From positions 1-24,487 of IMG/VR virus record IMGVR_UViG_3300031519_000211: a stretch of 24,487 nucleotides of DNA; one strand, written 5' to 3'. Origin of the DNA: a virus (Duplodnaviria > Caudoviricetes). Numbering within the stretch: the stretch's first letter is position 1; each line of letters opens with the position of its first letter. Of this stretch, positions 16,772-24,487 are shown one piece after another. The notes under the pieces are model-generated. The model saw only the letters and a list, made by a program, of their open reading frames with translations. It made no database searches and was not told where the DNA came from. The position numbers and the translations under genes were made by a program.

Positions 16772-17883
16772 TGTATTTCCAAATTATTGACAACAACGAA
16801 AAGTGCTTGAAGGCATTTGTTCGTAACGAGTTGGTAGATTACGAGGATAGTCTTCAGATGACGCGAACCTGGCGCCACTCAATTCACTTAAAGAATCGAG
16901 ACAATGTAGATTATGCCTACCTTTACACAAAGGACGGAGACGTAAACAAAGTATGTCCAGGTTTCGTGAAAGATTCGTGGGAATCTAGTTCCAATAGACT
17001 CTCAGCACTTGTTAGGTCTGCTATGGATTCTAAGTGTGATCTAGAAAACAACTGTATATACGATTTTATACCCGAGAATTTTTTGCGGGATTTTTTGTCA
17101 AACAAGCAGGCAATTATAAGGCACTGCATCGAGGATATGACAAAACCGCCTCATTACGATATCCTGAGAAAGGCACACATCCTAACAGAAGAGATGAACA
17201 CAAAAAGAAACTTGTATAAGGGAGAACTTAAGCGCACAAGTTACAACATCTTCGGGACGAAAACAGGAAGGTTATCGAATGCAAAAGCAGAGATACCGAT
17301 CCTTACACTCAAGAAGGGGGATAGACACCTACTTCGACCTACAAATGACTTTTTCTTGGAGTTGGACTTTAACGCGGCAGAATTGCGAACCCTCCTGGCG
17401 CTATCTGAAAAGCAGCAACCCGACGAAGATATACACGAATGGACATCACAAAAACTAGGACTCACCCGAGAAGAGGTAAAGAAGCGAACATTCGCATGGT
17501 TATACAACCCTGAAGCGTCAGATTCGCTGCTGGAGGGACTTTATGAGCGCAACACGGTGAAAGACCTGTACTACGATGGAACGTCGATTAGAACGCCATT
17601 CTCACGCCAAATTGAGACTGACTCACGCCGTGCCTTAAACTACATCGTGCAAAGCACAAGTAGCGATATCTGCATTGAGCAGGCATTTAGGTTAAGAGAG
17701 TTTTTTAAAGACAATGAAACAAAAATTTGCTATTTGATGCACGACTCTGTTATACTGGACTGTAAGAAAGAGGACAAACAAAAAATGCTCGAAGCAAGGC
17801 GAATCTTTGGCGATACAAGACTTGGTCAATACAGGGTCAATATGGCGATTGGCAAAAATTTCGGAGAGATGAACAAAATATAA
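16771..17883 (+). CDS. Miniature family-A DNA polymerase-like protein (no recognisable exonuclease domain)
   Basis: GTKTGRLS; motif A ELDFNAAELR; DIH; motif B REEVKKRTFAWLY; ALNYIVQSTSSD; motif C MHDS. Confidence 0.85.
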   Translation: MYFQIIDNNEKCLKAFVRNELVDYEDSLQMTRTWRHSIHLKNRDNVDYAYLYTKDGDVNKVCPGFVKDSWESSSNRLSALVRSAMDSKCDLENNCIYDFIPENFLRDFLSNKQAIIRHCIEDMTKPPHYDILRKAHILTEEMNTKRNLYKGELKRTSYNIFGTKTGRLSNAKAEIPILTLKKGDRHLLRPTNDFFLELDFNAAELRTLLALSEKQQPDEDIHEWTSQKLGLTREEVKKRTFAWLYNPEASDSLLEGLYERNTVKDLYYDGTSIRTPFSRQIETDSRRALNYIVQSTSSDICIEQAFRLREFFKDNETKICYLMHDSVILDCKKEDKQKMLEARRIFGDTRLGQYRVNMAIGKNFGEMNKI

Positions 17884-18719
17884 TGTATACTGTTATCGGA
17901 ATAGGCGGCGTTGGATGCAAGGTCGCAAAGTGTTTTTCTGCGTATGGGCAATACAGCATACTGTGCGTTGACGACGCCCCCACGGGATGGAAAGAACAAG
18001 TCTTGGTGCCAAAGCAAAGGAGACCTGAAGACTACGAAGAATCCTTCAAGGGGTTGCCGAAAGCAAAGAAAGACAAGATCAAAGACGACGTTATTGTGGT
18101 TTTGAGCGGCGCAAGTCTCGTATCGTCGATATCGTTAAGGATGTTGTACCAGTTGAGAGACAAAAGTATCACAGTTTTGTGCATAAGACCCGAAAAAGAC
18201 CTTATGGACGTTACCAAGTCTGCGCAAGAGAGGGTGATATTCTCAGTTTTGCAAGAATATACAAGATCTGGACTTTTTGAAAGAATTTACTTGACAAGTA
18301 ACTCGGAAATCGATAAACTTGTTGAAGATGCGAGTATTAAAGAATATTATCCCGCGATAAACAAGATGATTGCTTCAGTTTTTCACATGATAATGGTGTT
18401 TGACCATCAGGAGGCAGTCGTGTCAAACTTTTCAGAGATCAACGAAGCACGAAGGGTGTGTACTCTGGGCATTTTAAACATTGAAGATGGTTCTGAGACC
18501 AAGTTCTTCTCTTGTGATAATATCATGGACACTAGACTCTACTACGGTATCTCCAAGGATACGCTAAACAGTGATAAGAACCTGCAAAGAAACATTATAA
18601 AATTGATTAAAGATAAAAACGAAGAACTGTGCAAATACAGTTATGGGGTATACGAGACTCAATACAATTGGGACTTTTGTTATGCAAAATACTTTTCTTC
18701 AAAAGTTCAAGACTTTTAG
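17883..18719 (+). CDS. Tubulin/FtsZ-superfamily-like protein, divergent
   Basis: N-terminal VIGIGGVGCKVA (compare FtsZ VIGVGGGGxNA). Later IRP, IYLTSN and Y..IN..IA elements follow FtsZ order. The GGGTG(S/T)G signature appears as SGASLVSS. Confidence 0.6.
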   Translation: MYTVIGIGGVGCKVAKCFSAYGQYSILCVDDAPTGWKEQVLVPKQRRPEDYEESFKGLPKAKKDKIKDDVIVVLSGASLVSSISLRMLYQLRDKSITVLCIRPEKDLMDVTKSAQERVIFSVLQEYTRSGLFERIYLTSNSEIDKLVEDASIKEYYPAINKMIASVFHMIMVFDHQEAVVSNFSEINEARRVCTLGILNIEDGSETKFFSCDNIMDTRLYYGISKDTLNSDKNLQRNIIKLIKDKNEELCKYSYGVYETQYNWDFCYAKYFSSKVQDF

Positions 18720-18748
18720 TTGACAAACAAATAAACATTTAGTATAGT
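18720..18748 (+). promoter_or_regulatory. Sigma70-type promoter (copy 1)
   Basis: TTGACA-17 bp-TATAGT, followed by an A-rich leader and SD AGGAGG. Confidence 0.85.
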
Positions 18749-18780
18749 GTAAAAACAAAAAAAGAAAAAGGAGGGCACAA

Positions 18781-19962
18781 ATGCTCCACAACGTAGTTGC
18801 TATTAGCGCTTTGAACAATGCAGAAGAGGCATGTAAAGAGCATACTAATTTTACACCAGAAAAACTTAAAGAAAGAGGGTTGGTGGCGATCAAAGTGTCA
18901 GACATCAGTTTTGATTATTCAGACATGTCTTGCCAACCAAGAACGGAAAGTGTAGATCACAAATCTGTTTCCACTTACCACCATCAAGCAGTTAATGGTT
19001 TTGAGGGAAACTACGGCATCAGAACGCCTATTATGGTCACGAAGAATCCTTTAAAAGGTAAGGAATTATTTAAAGGTCTTGGTGGACATCACAGATACTT
19101 GGTGGCAGTAAAAGCGGGTTATGTCTATCTGATTTGTAAGGTCATTGATGGTTTTTTCGATATGTCAGAAGAATCACAGATGGACATTATGATGAATGAT
19201 AATGCTCATGGTGACAATGGCATGCCGTCTGACCGAAAGTCTCTTCTCCAAGCATTGTCCCGAACTTTGAGTTCGAAGACATACATGTCTAGGTCTAGGA
19301 ATTTAATTAAAGAGTATCAGTCTCTTTTGGACGAAGCGGGCGCACACTTATCCAAAGAACAGGAAGATGTGATTCTATCACAAATGGATCCCATTAAGGA
19401 AGAGATTAAATCTGATTTAAGAAAGCGCATTAATAGATGGTCAGCATCAACTTTGTCTAGCTCAAATGTCAGCACCATCGCCACTCGTGCTTATAATAAC
19501 TGGAACAACAGCGAGAACACGAAGATGTATGTTCCTGATAAGAAAGACGCAGACACTTTACTAGTCAAGCACATGAAAGAATACAAGTTAAGCAAACCTG
19601 GCAAATCGATTCTTTCAAAGAGGTTTGGGCAAACCATTGGCAACAACGCTGTCGACGACCGTCAGATATTTGGTGAAGTTGGTAAGATGATCAAGGATCA
19701 CTATGAGAAGAATGGGAAAGACCCAGATGAATTTATTTTAGCAGTGCATTTATCTGGAGCATCATCCAATAGGGACCTGTTATCTATGCGTAAGAAGTTT
19801 GCCACGCAGACTACCGATTACGTCACCTTTATAAGACCAAATCTAAAGAACAAGTTTAAGGTACTTTTCTTTGGTCAAATTAAGACAAAAGATATGTATG
19901 AAGACGAAAAAGTTCTCTATTCCTTGGAAGACATTTTAGAGAAACTTGAAAAATTAAATTGA
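18781..19962 (+). CDS. ParB/Sulfiredoxin N-terminal domain protein
   Basis: QPR...GIRTPIMV...GLGGHHRYLVA matches the ParB/Srx GxxR motif and its upstream elements. The helical C-terminal part is unrecognised. Confidence 0.6.
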   Translation: MLHNVVAISALNNAEEACKEHTNFTPEKLKERGLVAIKVSDISFDYSDMSCQPRTESVDHKSVSTYHHQAVNGFEGNYGIRTPIMVTKNPLKGKELFKGLGGHHRYLVAVKAGYVYLICKVIDGFFDMSEESQMDIMMNDNAHGDNGMPSDRKSLLQALSRTLSSKTYMSRSRNLIKEYQSLLDEAGAHLSKEQEDVILSQMDPIKEEIKSDLRKRINRWSASTLSSSNVSTIATRAYNNWNNSENTKMYVPDKKDADTLLVKHMKEYKLSKPGKSILSKRFGQTIGNNAVDDRQIFGEVGKMIKDHYEKNGKDPDEFILAVHLSGASSNRDLLSMRKKFATQTTDYVTFIRPNLKNKFKVLFFGQIKTKDMYEDEKVLYSLEDILEKLEKLN

Positions 19963-19987
19963 CAAACAATAAAACATTTAGTATAGT
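19959..19987 (+). promoter_or_regulatory. Sigma70-type promoter (copy 2)
   Basis: TTGACA-17 bp-TATAGT, 27/29 identical to 18720-18748. The -35 box contains the TGA stop of the upstream gene. Confidence 0.85.
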
Positions 19988-20066
19988 ATAGAAAGTTGGT
20001 CAGAAGATTTGCTGACCTGCTATAGCCGAAAGTGTGCAAAAAAACAATACCATAGGAGGTAATAAC

Positions 20067-20858
20067 ATGGCACTGAACTTAGATCTGATGAAGCAGAAAA
20101 TGGATACTCTAAACGGAAAGGGCGAAAAGAAGAAGAACTTCTGGCGACCCCAAGAAGGAGAGAACAATATCCGTATTGTACCCACTGCAGATGGAGACCC
20201 GTTTAAGGAGCGGTATTTCCACTATAACGTAGGCGAACAATCCTTTTTGTGCCCAAAGCGCAACTATGGTGATGATTGCCCAGTTTGCAACCTTGCAAAT
20301 GAATTATGGAACGATGGCACGGAGGACAGCAAGGCGATGGCAAAGCAGATGTTTGCCAAGCAGCGATTTTTCTCACCAGTACTAGTGCGAGGAGAGGAGT
20401 CCGAAGGGGTTAAGGTCTGGGGTTACGGTAAGTTAGCGTACCAGAAGTTGCTCGGGATTGTGTTGGATCCAGATTATGGAGATGTTACTGATCCTGATGA
20501 TGGTAACGACCTTAAGTTGATGTATGGTAAGCAACCTGGTGCTTCTTACCCAACGACGGACATTCGACCTCGTCCTCGCAAGTCAGTTCTCTGTGATGAT
20601 GCAGTGGGCGGTGACGAGCGATGCGCGGAACTCTTGGAGACTGTGCCAAACTTTGAGACAATCTTCGAGCGCAAGTCGACCGCTGAAGTCTCAACAATTT
20701 TGGAGGCACACTTGAACACTGATAGTGGAGGATCATCCGAAGTAACGCGAGGCAACTTCACCGCTAATACTAGCACTACTAGCACTACTAGCACTGAGTC
20801 AGACCCAGTGCGAAGCAAGTTCGACAACGCACTTGACGGTCTCATGAATAATGGGTAA
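20067..20858 (+). CDS. Single-stranded DNA-binding protein (T4 gp32-like)
   Basis: FWRP..GEN.IRIVP, HY...CPK....DCPVC zinc-type motif, VKVWGYGK and DVTDPDDGNDL. ATG 20067 follows SD TAGGAGGT and is preferred to GTG 20034. Confidence 0.85.
   Translation: MALNLDLMKQKMDTLNGKGEKKKNFWRPQEGENNIRIVPTADGDPFKERYFHYNVGEQSFLCPKRNYGDDCPVCNLANELWNDGTEDSKAMAKQMFAKQRFFSPVLVRGEESEGVKVWGYGKLAYQKLLGIVLDPDYGDVTDPDDGNDLKLMYGKQPGASYPTTDIRPRPRKSVLCDDAVGGDERCAELLETVPNFETIFERKSTAEVSTILEAHLNTDSGGSSEVTRGNFTANTSTTSTTSTESDPVRSKFDNALDGLMNNG
20769..20795 (+). repeat. Perfect 3 x 9-bp tandem repeat ACTAGCACT (TST-TST-TST)
   Basis: Read directly, in the C-terminal linker of the SSB. Confidence 0.95.
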
Positions 20859-21999
20859 GGTGACCAAGATGAAACCTGGTGGATTGTCCACCAAAGACAT
20901 TATTGCATCACTTAATAAGGCGTCAGGCGCAGTAGTCGCCTACAATCTTTCGGAAGAAAATCCAACGGAGGTCAAGGAGTGGATTCCGACTGGCTCGCGA
21001 TGGTTAGATTCCATTGCCTGCAAAGGCAGGTACGCGGGTATTCCAGTAGGGAAGATTTCCGAGATTGCAGGTTTGGAAGCAACGGGCAAATCGTTTATGG
21101 CGGCACAAATTGCTGCAAATGCTCAGAAAATGGGTTGCCGCGTTGCTTATTTCGATTCAGAGTCTGCTATTGATCCTGACTTTCTTAGGAAAGCAGGGTG
21201 TGATTTGGATGATGAAGAAAGGGGTCTGATCTATGTTCAGGCACATTCTGTAGAGATGGTGATGGAGACAATTGAGAACCTTTTGAAAATGCCAGAGAAG
21301 TGGTTATTTATTTGGGATTCACTTGCTCTTACTCCATCTGTGCATGACATAGAGTCTGACTATAATCCTCAGTCATCTATGGCGATGAAAGCACGAGTGT
21401 TGTCTAAGGGTATACCAAAGTTGGTACAACCTATCGCCAACGCTGGCGCTACTTTGTTAGTGCTTAACCAGTTGAAGACTAATATAACAAGGTCTCCATC
21501 GGAAGCAATGACAACGCCATACATGACCCCTGGTGGAAAGACTCTACCCTATTCTTATTCGTTAAGGATCTGGTTGACAGGAAGAAAAGCGAAAGCATCT
21601 TTCGTCACAGACGAGAATGGATTTAGAATCGGGTCAGAAGTGAAATGTAAAATCGAAAAGTCCAGGTTCGGATCAACTGGGCGTACTTGCAACTTTAAGA
21701 TTCTTTGGGGCGATGCAGAAGCAGTCGGCGTACAGGATAAAGAGAGTTGGTTTGATGCGATTCAGATATCTGAAAACTTAGAGCAATCAGGTGCATGGTA
21801 TTCACTCGTCCATGCAGATGGAACCAGAGAGAAGTTTCAGCGAGCACATTGGTTGAATAAGTTGGAAGATGAAAAGTTTCACAAAAGAGTCTTGCAAATC
21901 ATGGATGATGATGTTATTATGAAGTTCAGTAATAAGACAGGTAATGCATCTAATTTTTATGATCAGGAAGAGGGACCCCCACCTAATACCGACGACTAG
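20851..21999 (+). CDS. recA: RecA/UvsX-like recombinase
   Basis: IPTGSRWLD, GIPVGKISEIAG, Walker A GLEATGKS, FDSESA, Walker B FIWDSL, LNQLK and TPGGKTL. Confidence 0.93.
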   Translation: MGKVTKMKPGGLSTKDIIASLNKASGAVVAYNLSEENPTEVKEWIPTGSRWLDSIACKGRYAGIPVGKISEIAGLEATGKSFMAAQIAANAQKMGCRVAYFDSESAIDPDFLRKAGCDLDDEERGLIYVQAHSVEMVMETIENLLKMPEKWLFIWDSLALTPSVHDIESDYNPQSSMAMKARVLSKGIPKLVQPIANAGATLLVLNQLKTNITRSPSEAMTTPYMTPGGKTLPYSYSLRIWLTGRKAKASFVTDENGFRIGSEVKCKIEKSRFGSTGRTCNFKILWGDAEAVGVQDKESWFDAIQISENLEQSGAWYSLVHADGTREKFQRAHWLNKLEDEKFHKRVLQIMDDDVIMKFSNKTGNASNFYDQEEGPPPNTDD

Positions 22000-22008
22000 T
22001 AGTTGGTT

Positions 22009-22039
22009 CGCCCCTGGGAAACTGGGGGCGTTTTTTTTT
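22009..22039 (+). terminator. Intrinsic terminator
   Basis: CGCCCCTGG-GAAA-CTGGGGGCG stem (two G-U pairs, GNRA loop) followed by T9. Confidence 0.9.
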
Positions 22040-22075
22040 ATTTACTAGACAGAGGAACAACAAGGACTGAAAAAT

Positions 22076-23044
22076 ATGAAGAAACTGCTTATAGTAGACG
22101 CGCAAAACCAATTTATGCGATCTTACATTGTAAACCCGACACTTTCGCCAAATGGTGATCCTTGCGGCGGCGTAGTTGGATTTCTACAGACGCTAAACAA
22201 ACTCTGCAGACAGGTTAACCCTGATGCGTTCGTAGTTGTATGGGATGGCGATGGTGGATCTTCAAAGCGCAGATCCAAAAATAAAAACTACAAAGCAGGC
22301 AGGAAACCACCGAAACTTAACAGGTGGGCGCAGAACCTAAATCCTTCACAGATCCAGACAAACAGAATGTGGCAACAGGTTAGATGTATTGAGTATATTA
22401 ACCAAACCCCCGTACTGCAATTTAGAGAACCAGGCGTCGAAGCGGATGACGTCATATCTTATATTAAGTCTATGCCTGTATTCAACGGATGGTTGAAGGC
22501 AATAGTTTCATCTGACAAGGATTTTATTCAGTTGCTGGACGACAAGACATTGTTGATTAGACCCACTCAGGATGAAGTATTGAACCAGACCACAGTTGTT
22601 GAGCAGCATTCTATTCATCCTAAGAACTTCGCCCTTGCCAGGTCGATGGTAGGTGACAAGAGTGACAATATAGATGGACTCTCGGGTGTAGGTCTGAAGA
22701 CTGTCGCCAAAGCGTTCCCGTTCTTGTCAGAAGACAAAGACTATTACCTTAGCGACATCAAGGAGCACGCCGAAACTGTCGATTCAAAATTGGCAGTATA
22801 TACTAAAGTTGTTGAAGAATTCAATACAGTGTGCGATAATTACTCAATAATGCAGTTAAGCGCACCTCTGATATCAATACAATGTGCCCAGAGGGTAAGC
22901 GAAACGTTCAAGGGGTATAAACCATTGTATAATAAAACAGAAATCAACAAGATGTTGTCACTGGACGGATTGATGTCCATAAACATCCAATGCTTAAACA
23001 CGAGTTTTAACTCTATGGTCTCCGACCAGATTGGTTTCAATTGA
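22076..23044 (+). CDS. 5'-3' exonuclease / flap endonuclease (T4 RNase H-like, Pol I 5' nuclease family)
   Basis: LIVDAQN, VVWDG, YKAGR, EADDVI, SSDKDF and GDKSDNIDGLSGVGLKT (H3TH). Confidence 0.93.
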   Translation: MKKLLIVDAQNQFMRSYIVNPTLSPNGDPCGGVVGFLQTLNKLCRQVNPDAFVVVWDGDGGSSKRRSKNKNYKAGRKPPKLNRWAQNLNPSQIQTNRMWQQVRCIEYINQTPVLQFREPGVEADDVISYIKSMPVFNGWLKAIVSSDKDFIQLLDDKTLLIRPTQDEVLNQTTVVEQHSIHPKNFALARSMVGDKSDNIDGLSGVGLKTVAKAFPFLSEDKDYYLSDIKEHAETVDSKLAVYTKVVEEFNTVCDNYSIMQLSAPLISIQCAQRVSETFKGYKPLYNKTEINKMLSLDGLMSINIQCLNTSFNSMVSDQIGFN

Positions 23045-24420
23045 TGGAAAGATCAAACCAGGACTTTTCTAAGTTCGGCAAAAGTTTTCAAGAAAATCTG
23101 TGCCACATCATTCTCGATGACAGACCCTTCGCAGACCAGATCTTTGAGGTGCTGGATGAGAACTATCTTGAGTTGTCGCACCTCCGCGTCTTTCTCAAGA
23201 AGATAAAACAGTACAAGGAAAAGTACCGAGTCCACCCAACCAGAAAGATTATGACGAGTATCATCAGGACTGGACTTGACGCTGAACAAGATTCAGTTCA
23301 GAAGATGCTTCGAGATTATTACGCCAGAGTCTTGTCTCGCGATGTCGATCAGAACGAAGCGGGTTACATTAAGGATCGCGCACTTGATTTTTGTAAGAAG
23401 CAAGAACTTCAAAAGGCATTCATTAAGTCGGTTGATTTGATGAAGACTTCCTCCTTCGATGAGATCGCCAAACTGATTAACGATGCTCTCAAGGCGGGTA
23501 CTTCCAATGACCTCGGTTATGACTACATGGAAGATTTCGAACTGAGGTTTGAAGAGAAGGCAAGAAATCCAGTCACAACTGGGTGGGAAGCACTCGACAA
23601 GATAACAAAAGGGGGACTTGGTAAGGGTGAACTCGGTGTGGTGATCGCCCCCACAGGTGCTGGCAAGTCGATGGTTTTAGTTCATCTCGGCGCCAAAGCA
23701 CTAATGGCAGGCAAGAACGTAGTGCACTATACCCTGGAACTTGGAGACACTGTTGTTGGTACGAGGTACGACAGTTGCATCACTGGGTATGATTTGAACG
23801 ATGTAAGGGCGTTTAAGGAACAGATCTATGATGAACTGAAAGAGATACCAGGGAAATTGATCATCAAAGAGTATCCCACTAGGTCTGCGACCATCCAGAC
23901 GATAAGAAATCATATTGAAAAAATGAAAATTACCGGGTTCGAACCTGATATGATTATTGTGGATTATGCAGATTTGATAAAACCTGGCGGAAACTCGAAA
24001 GAGGAGAGACGCCATCAACTAGAGGCATTATATGAAGAGTTGCGTGGTATATCTCAAGAAGTTAAGTGTCCGATATGGACAGCGTCTCAGACAAACAGGT
24101 CAGGATTGAGCGCAGAGGTTATAACCATGGAATCTATTTCAGAAGCGTTTAACAAGTGTTTCGTTGCAGACTTTATTTTTTCAGTTTCTCGAACCGCAGC
24201 GGATAAAGAGACGAATACTGGAAGAATTTATGTGGCAAAGAACAGAAATGGGCCCGATGGAATCATTTACCCCATATTTATGAATACCGCTAATGTTAAA
24301 ATAAAGGTATTACCAAAGATGTTGACGACAGAAGAAATGGAAGATGTTACGAAAAACGCCGCAAAAAGACAGAAAGAGATAGTAGCAGAAAGATATAACA
24401 AGATGAAAGGAGGAAAGTAA
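23044..24420 (+). CDS. DnaB-like replicative helicase (T4 gp41-like)
   Basis: TGWEALD..TKGGLGKGEL, Walker A APTGAGKS, TLEL, IKEYPT, IIVDYAD, TASQTNR and KNRNG. The ATG at 23044 overlaps the upstream stop (TGATG). Confidence 0.93.
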   Translation: MERSNQDFSKFGKSFQENLCHIILDDRPFADQIFEVLDENYLELSHLRVFLKKIKQYKEKYRVHPTRKIMTSIIRTGLDAEQDSVQKMLRDYYARVLSRDVDQNEAGYIKDRALDFCKKQELQKAFIKSVDLMKTSSFDEIAKLINDALKAGTSNDLGYDYMEDFELRFEEKARNPVTTGWEALDKITKGGLGKGELGVVIAPTGAGKSMVLVHLGAKALMAGKNVVHYTLELGDTVVGTRYDSCITGYDLNDVRAFKEQIYDELKEIPGKLIIKEYPTRSATIQTIRNHIEKMKITGFEPDMIIVDYADLIKPGGNSKEERRHQLEALYEELRGISQEVKCPIWTASQTNRSGLSAEVITMESISEAFNKCFVADFIFSVSRTAADKETNTGRIYVAKNRNGPDGIIYPIFMNTANVKIKVLPKMLTTEEMEDVTKNAAKRQKEIVAERYNKMKGGK

Positions 24421-24423
24421 GTA

Positions 24424-24487
24424 ATGAGTATATCAAACGATATTTTATCGGAAATAACAGTACACATGAAGTACGCAAAGTATGTGC
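24424..24487 (+). CDS. Probable ribonucleotide reductase N-terminus (truncated by the window edge)
   Basis: ATG 24424 after SD AGGAGG reads MSISNDILSEITVHMKYAKYV, which resembles the N-termini of phage class II-type RNRs. Only 21 codons are visible. Confidence 0.5.
   Translation, partial: MSISNDILSEITVHMKYAKYV

Noticed and set aside
20034-20066. GTG start of the SSB given by the ORF track
   Set aside because: A strong SD (TAGGAGGT) precedes ATG 20067, so the upstream part is better read as 5' leader.
20851-24420. Inteins or introns in RecA or the helicase
   Set aside because: The lengths (382 and about 458 aa) and motif spacing are normal, with no room for insertions.
266-24467. Many short minus-strand and nested alternative-frame ORFs in the ORF track
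   Set aside because: Nearly all lie within longer motif-bearing + strand genes and show no recognisable motifs or start signals.
1-24487. Stop-codon reassignment (alternative genetic code)
   Set aside because: Coding density is already near complete in the standard code, and TAA, TAG and TGA all end genes at sensible boundaries.

Overview
The window is a segment of a large tailed dsDNA phage with a contractile (myovirus-type) tail. All credible genes are on the + strand and read in the standard code. The left ~16.7 kb is a tail module: a 5'-truncated repeat-rich fibre-like protein, a 1034-aa sheath, a tube, a chaperone/gp26-like gene plus a small partner ORF, two tandem paralogous tape-measure-like genes, and baseplate genes. 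This runs without intergenic gaps into a miniature family-A DNA polymerase-like gene and a tubulin/FtsZ-like gene whose signature loop is degenerate. A ParB/Srx-domain gene follows, bracketed by two near-identical sigma70 promoters. The right end is a T4-like replication/recombination block: gp32-like SSB, RecA/UvsX, 5'-3' exonuclease, DnaB-like helicase and the start of a probable ribonucleotide reductase. The most notable points are the mini-PolA/degenerate tubulin/ParB cluster, the duplicated tape measure, a candidate +1/-2 frameshift at GGGTTTTTTTGG, and a recurring ACTAYTTAWTA candidate late promoter. All assignments come from motif recognition by eye; no searches were run.
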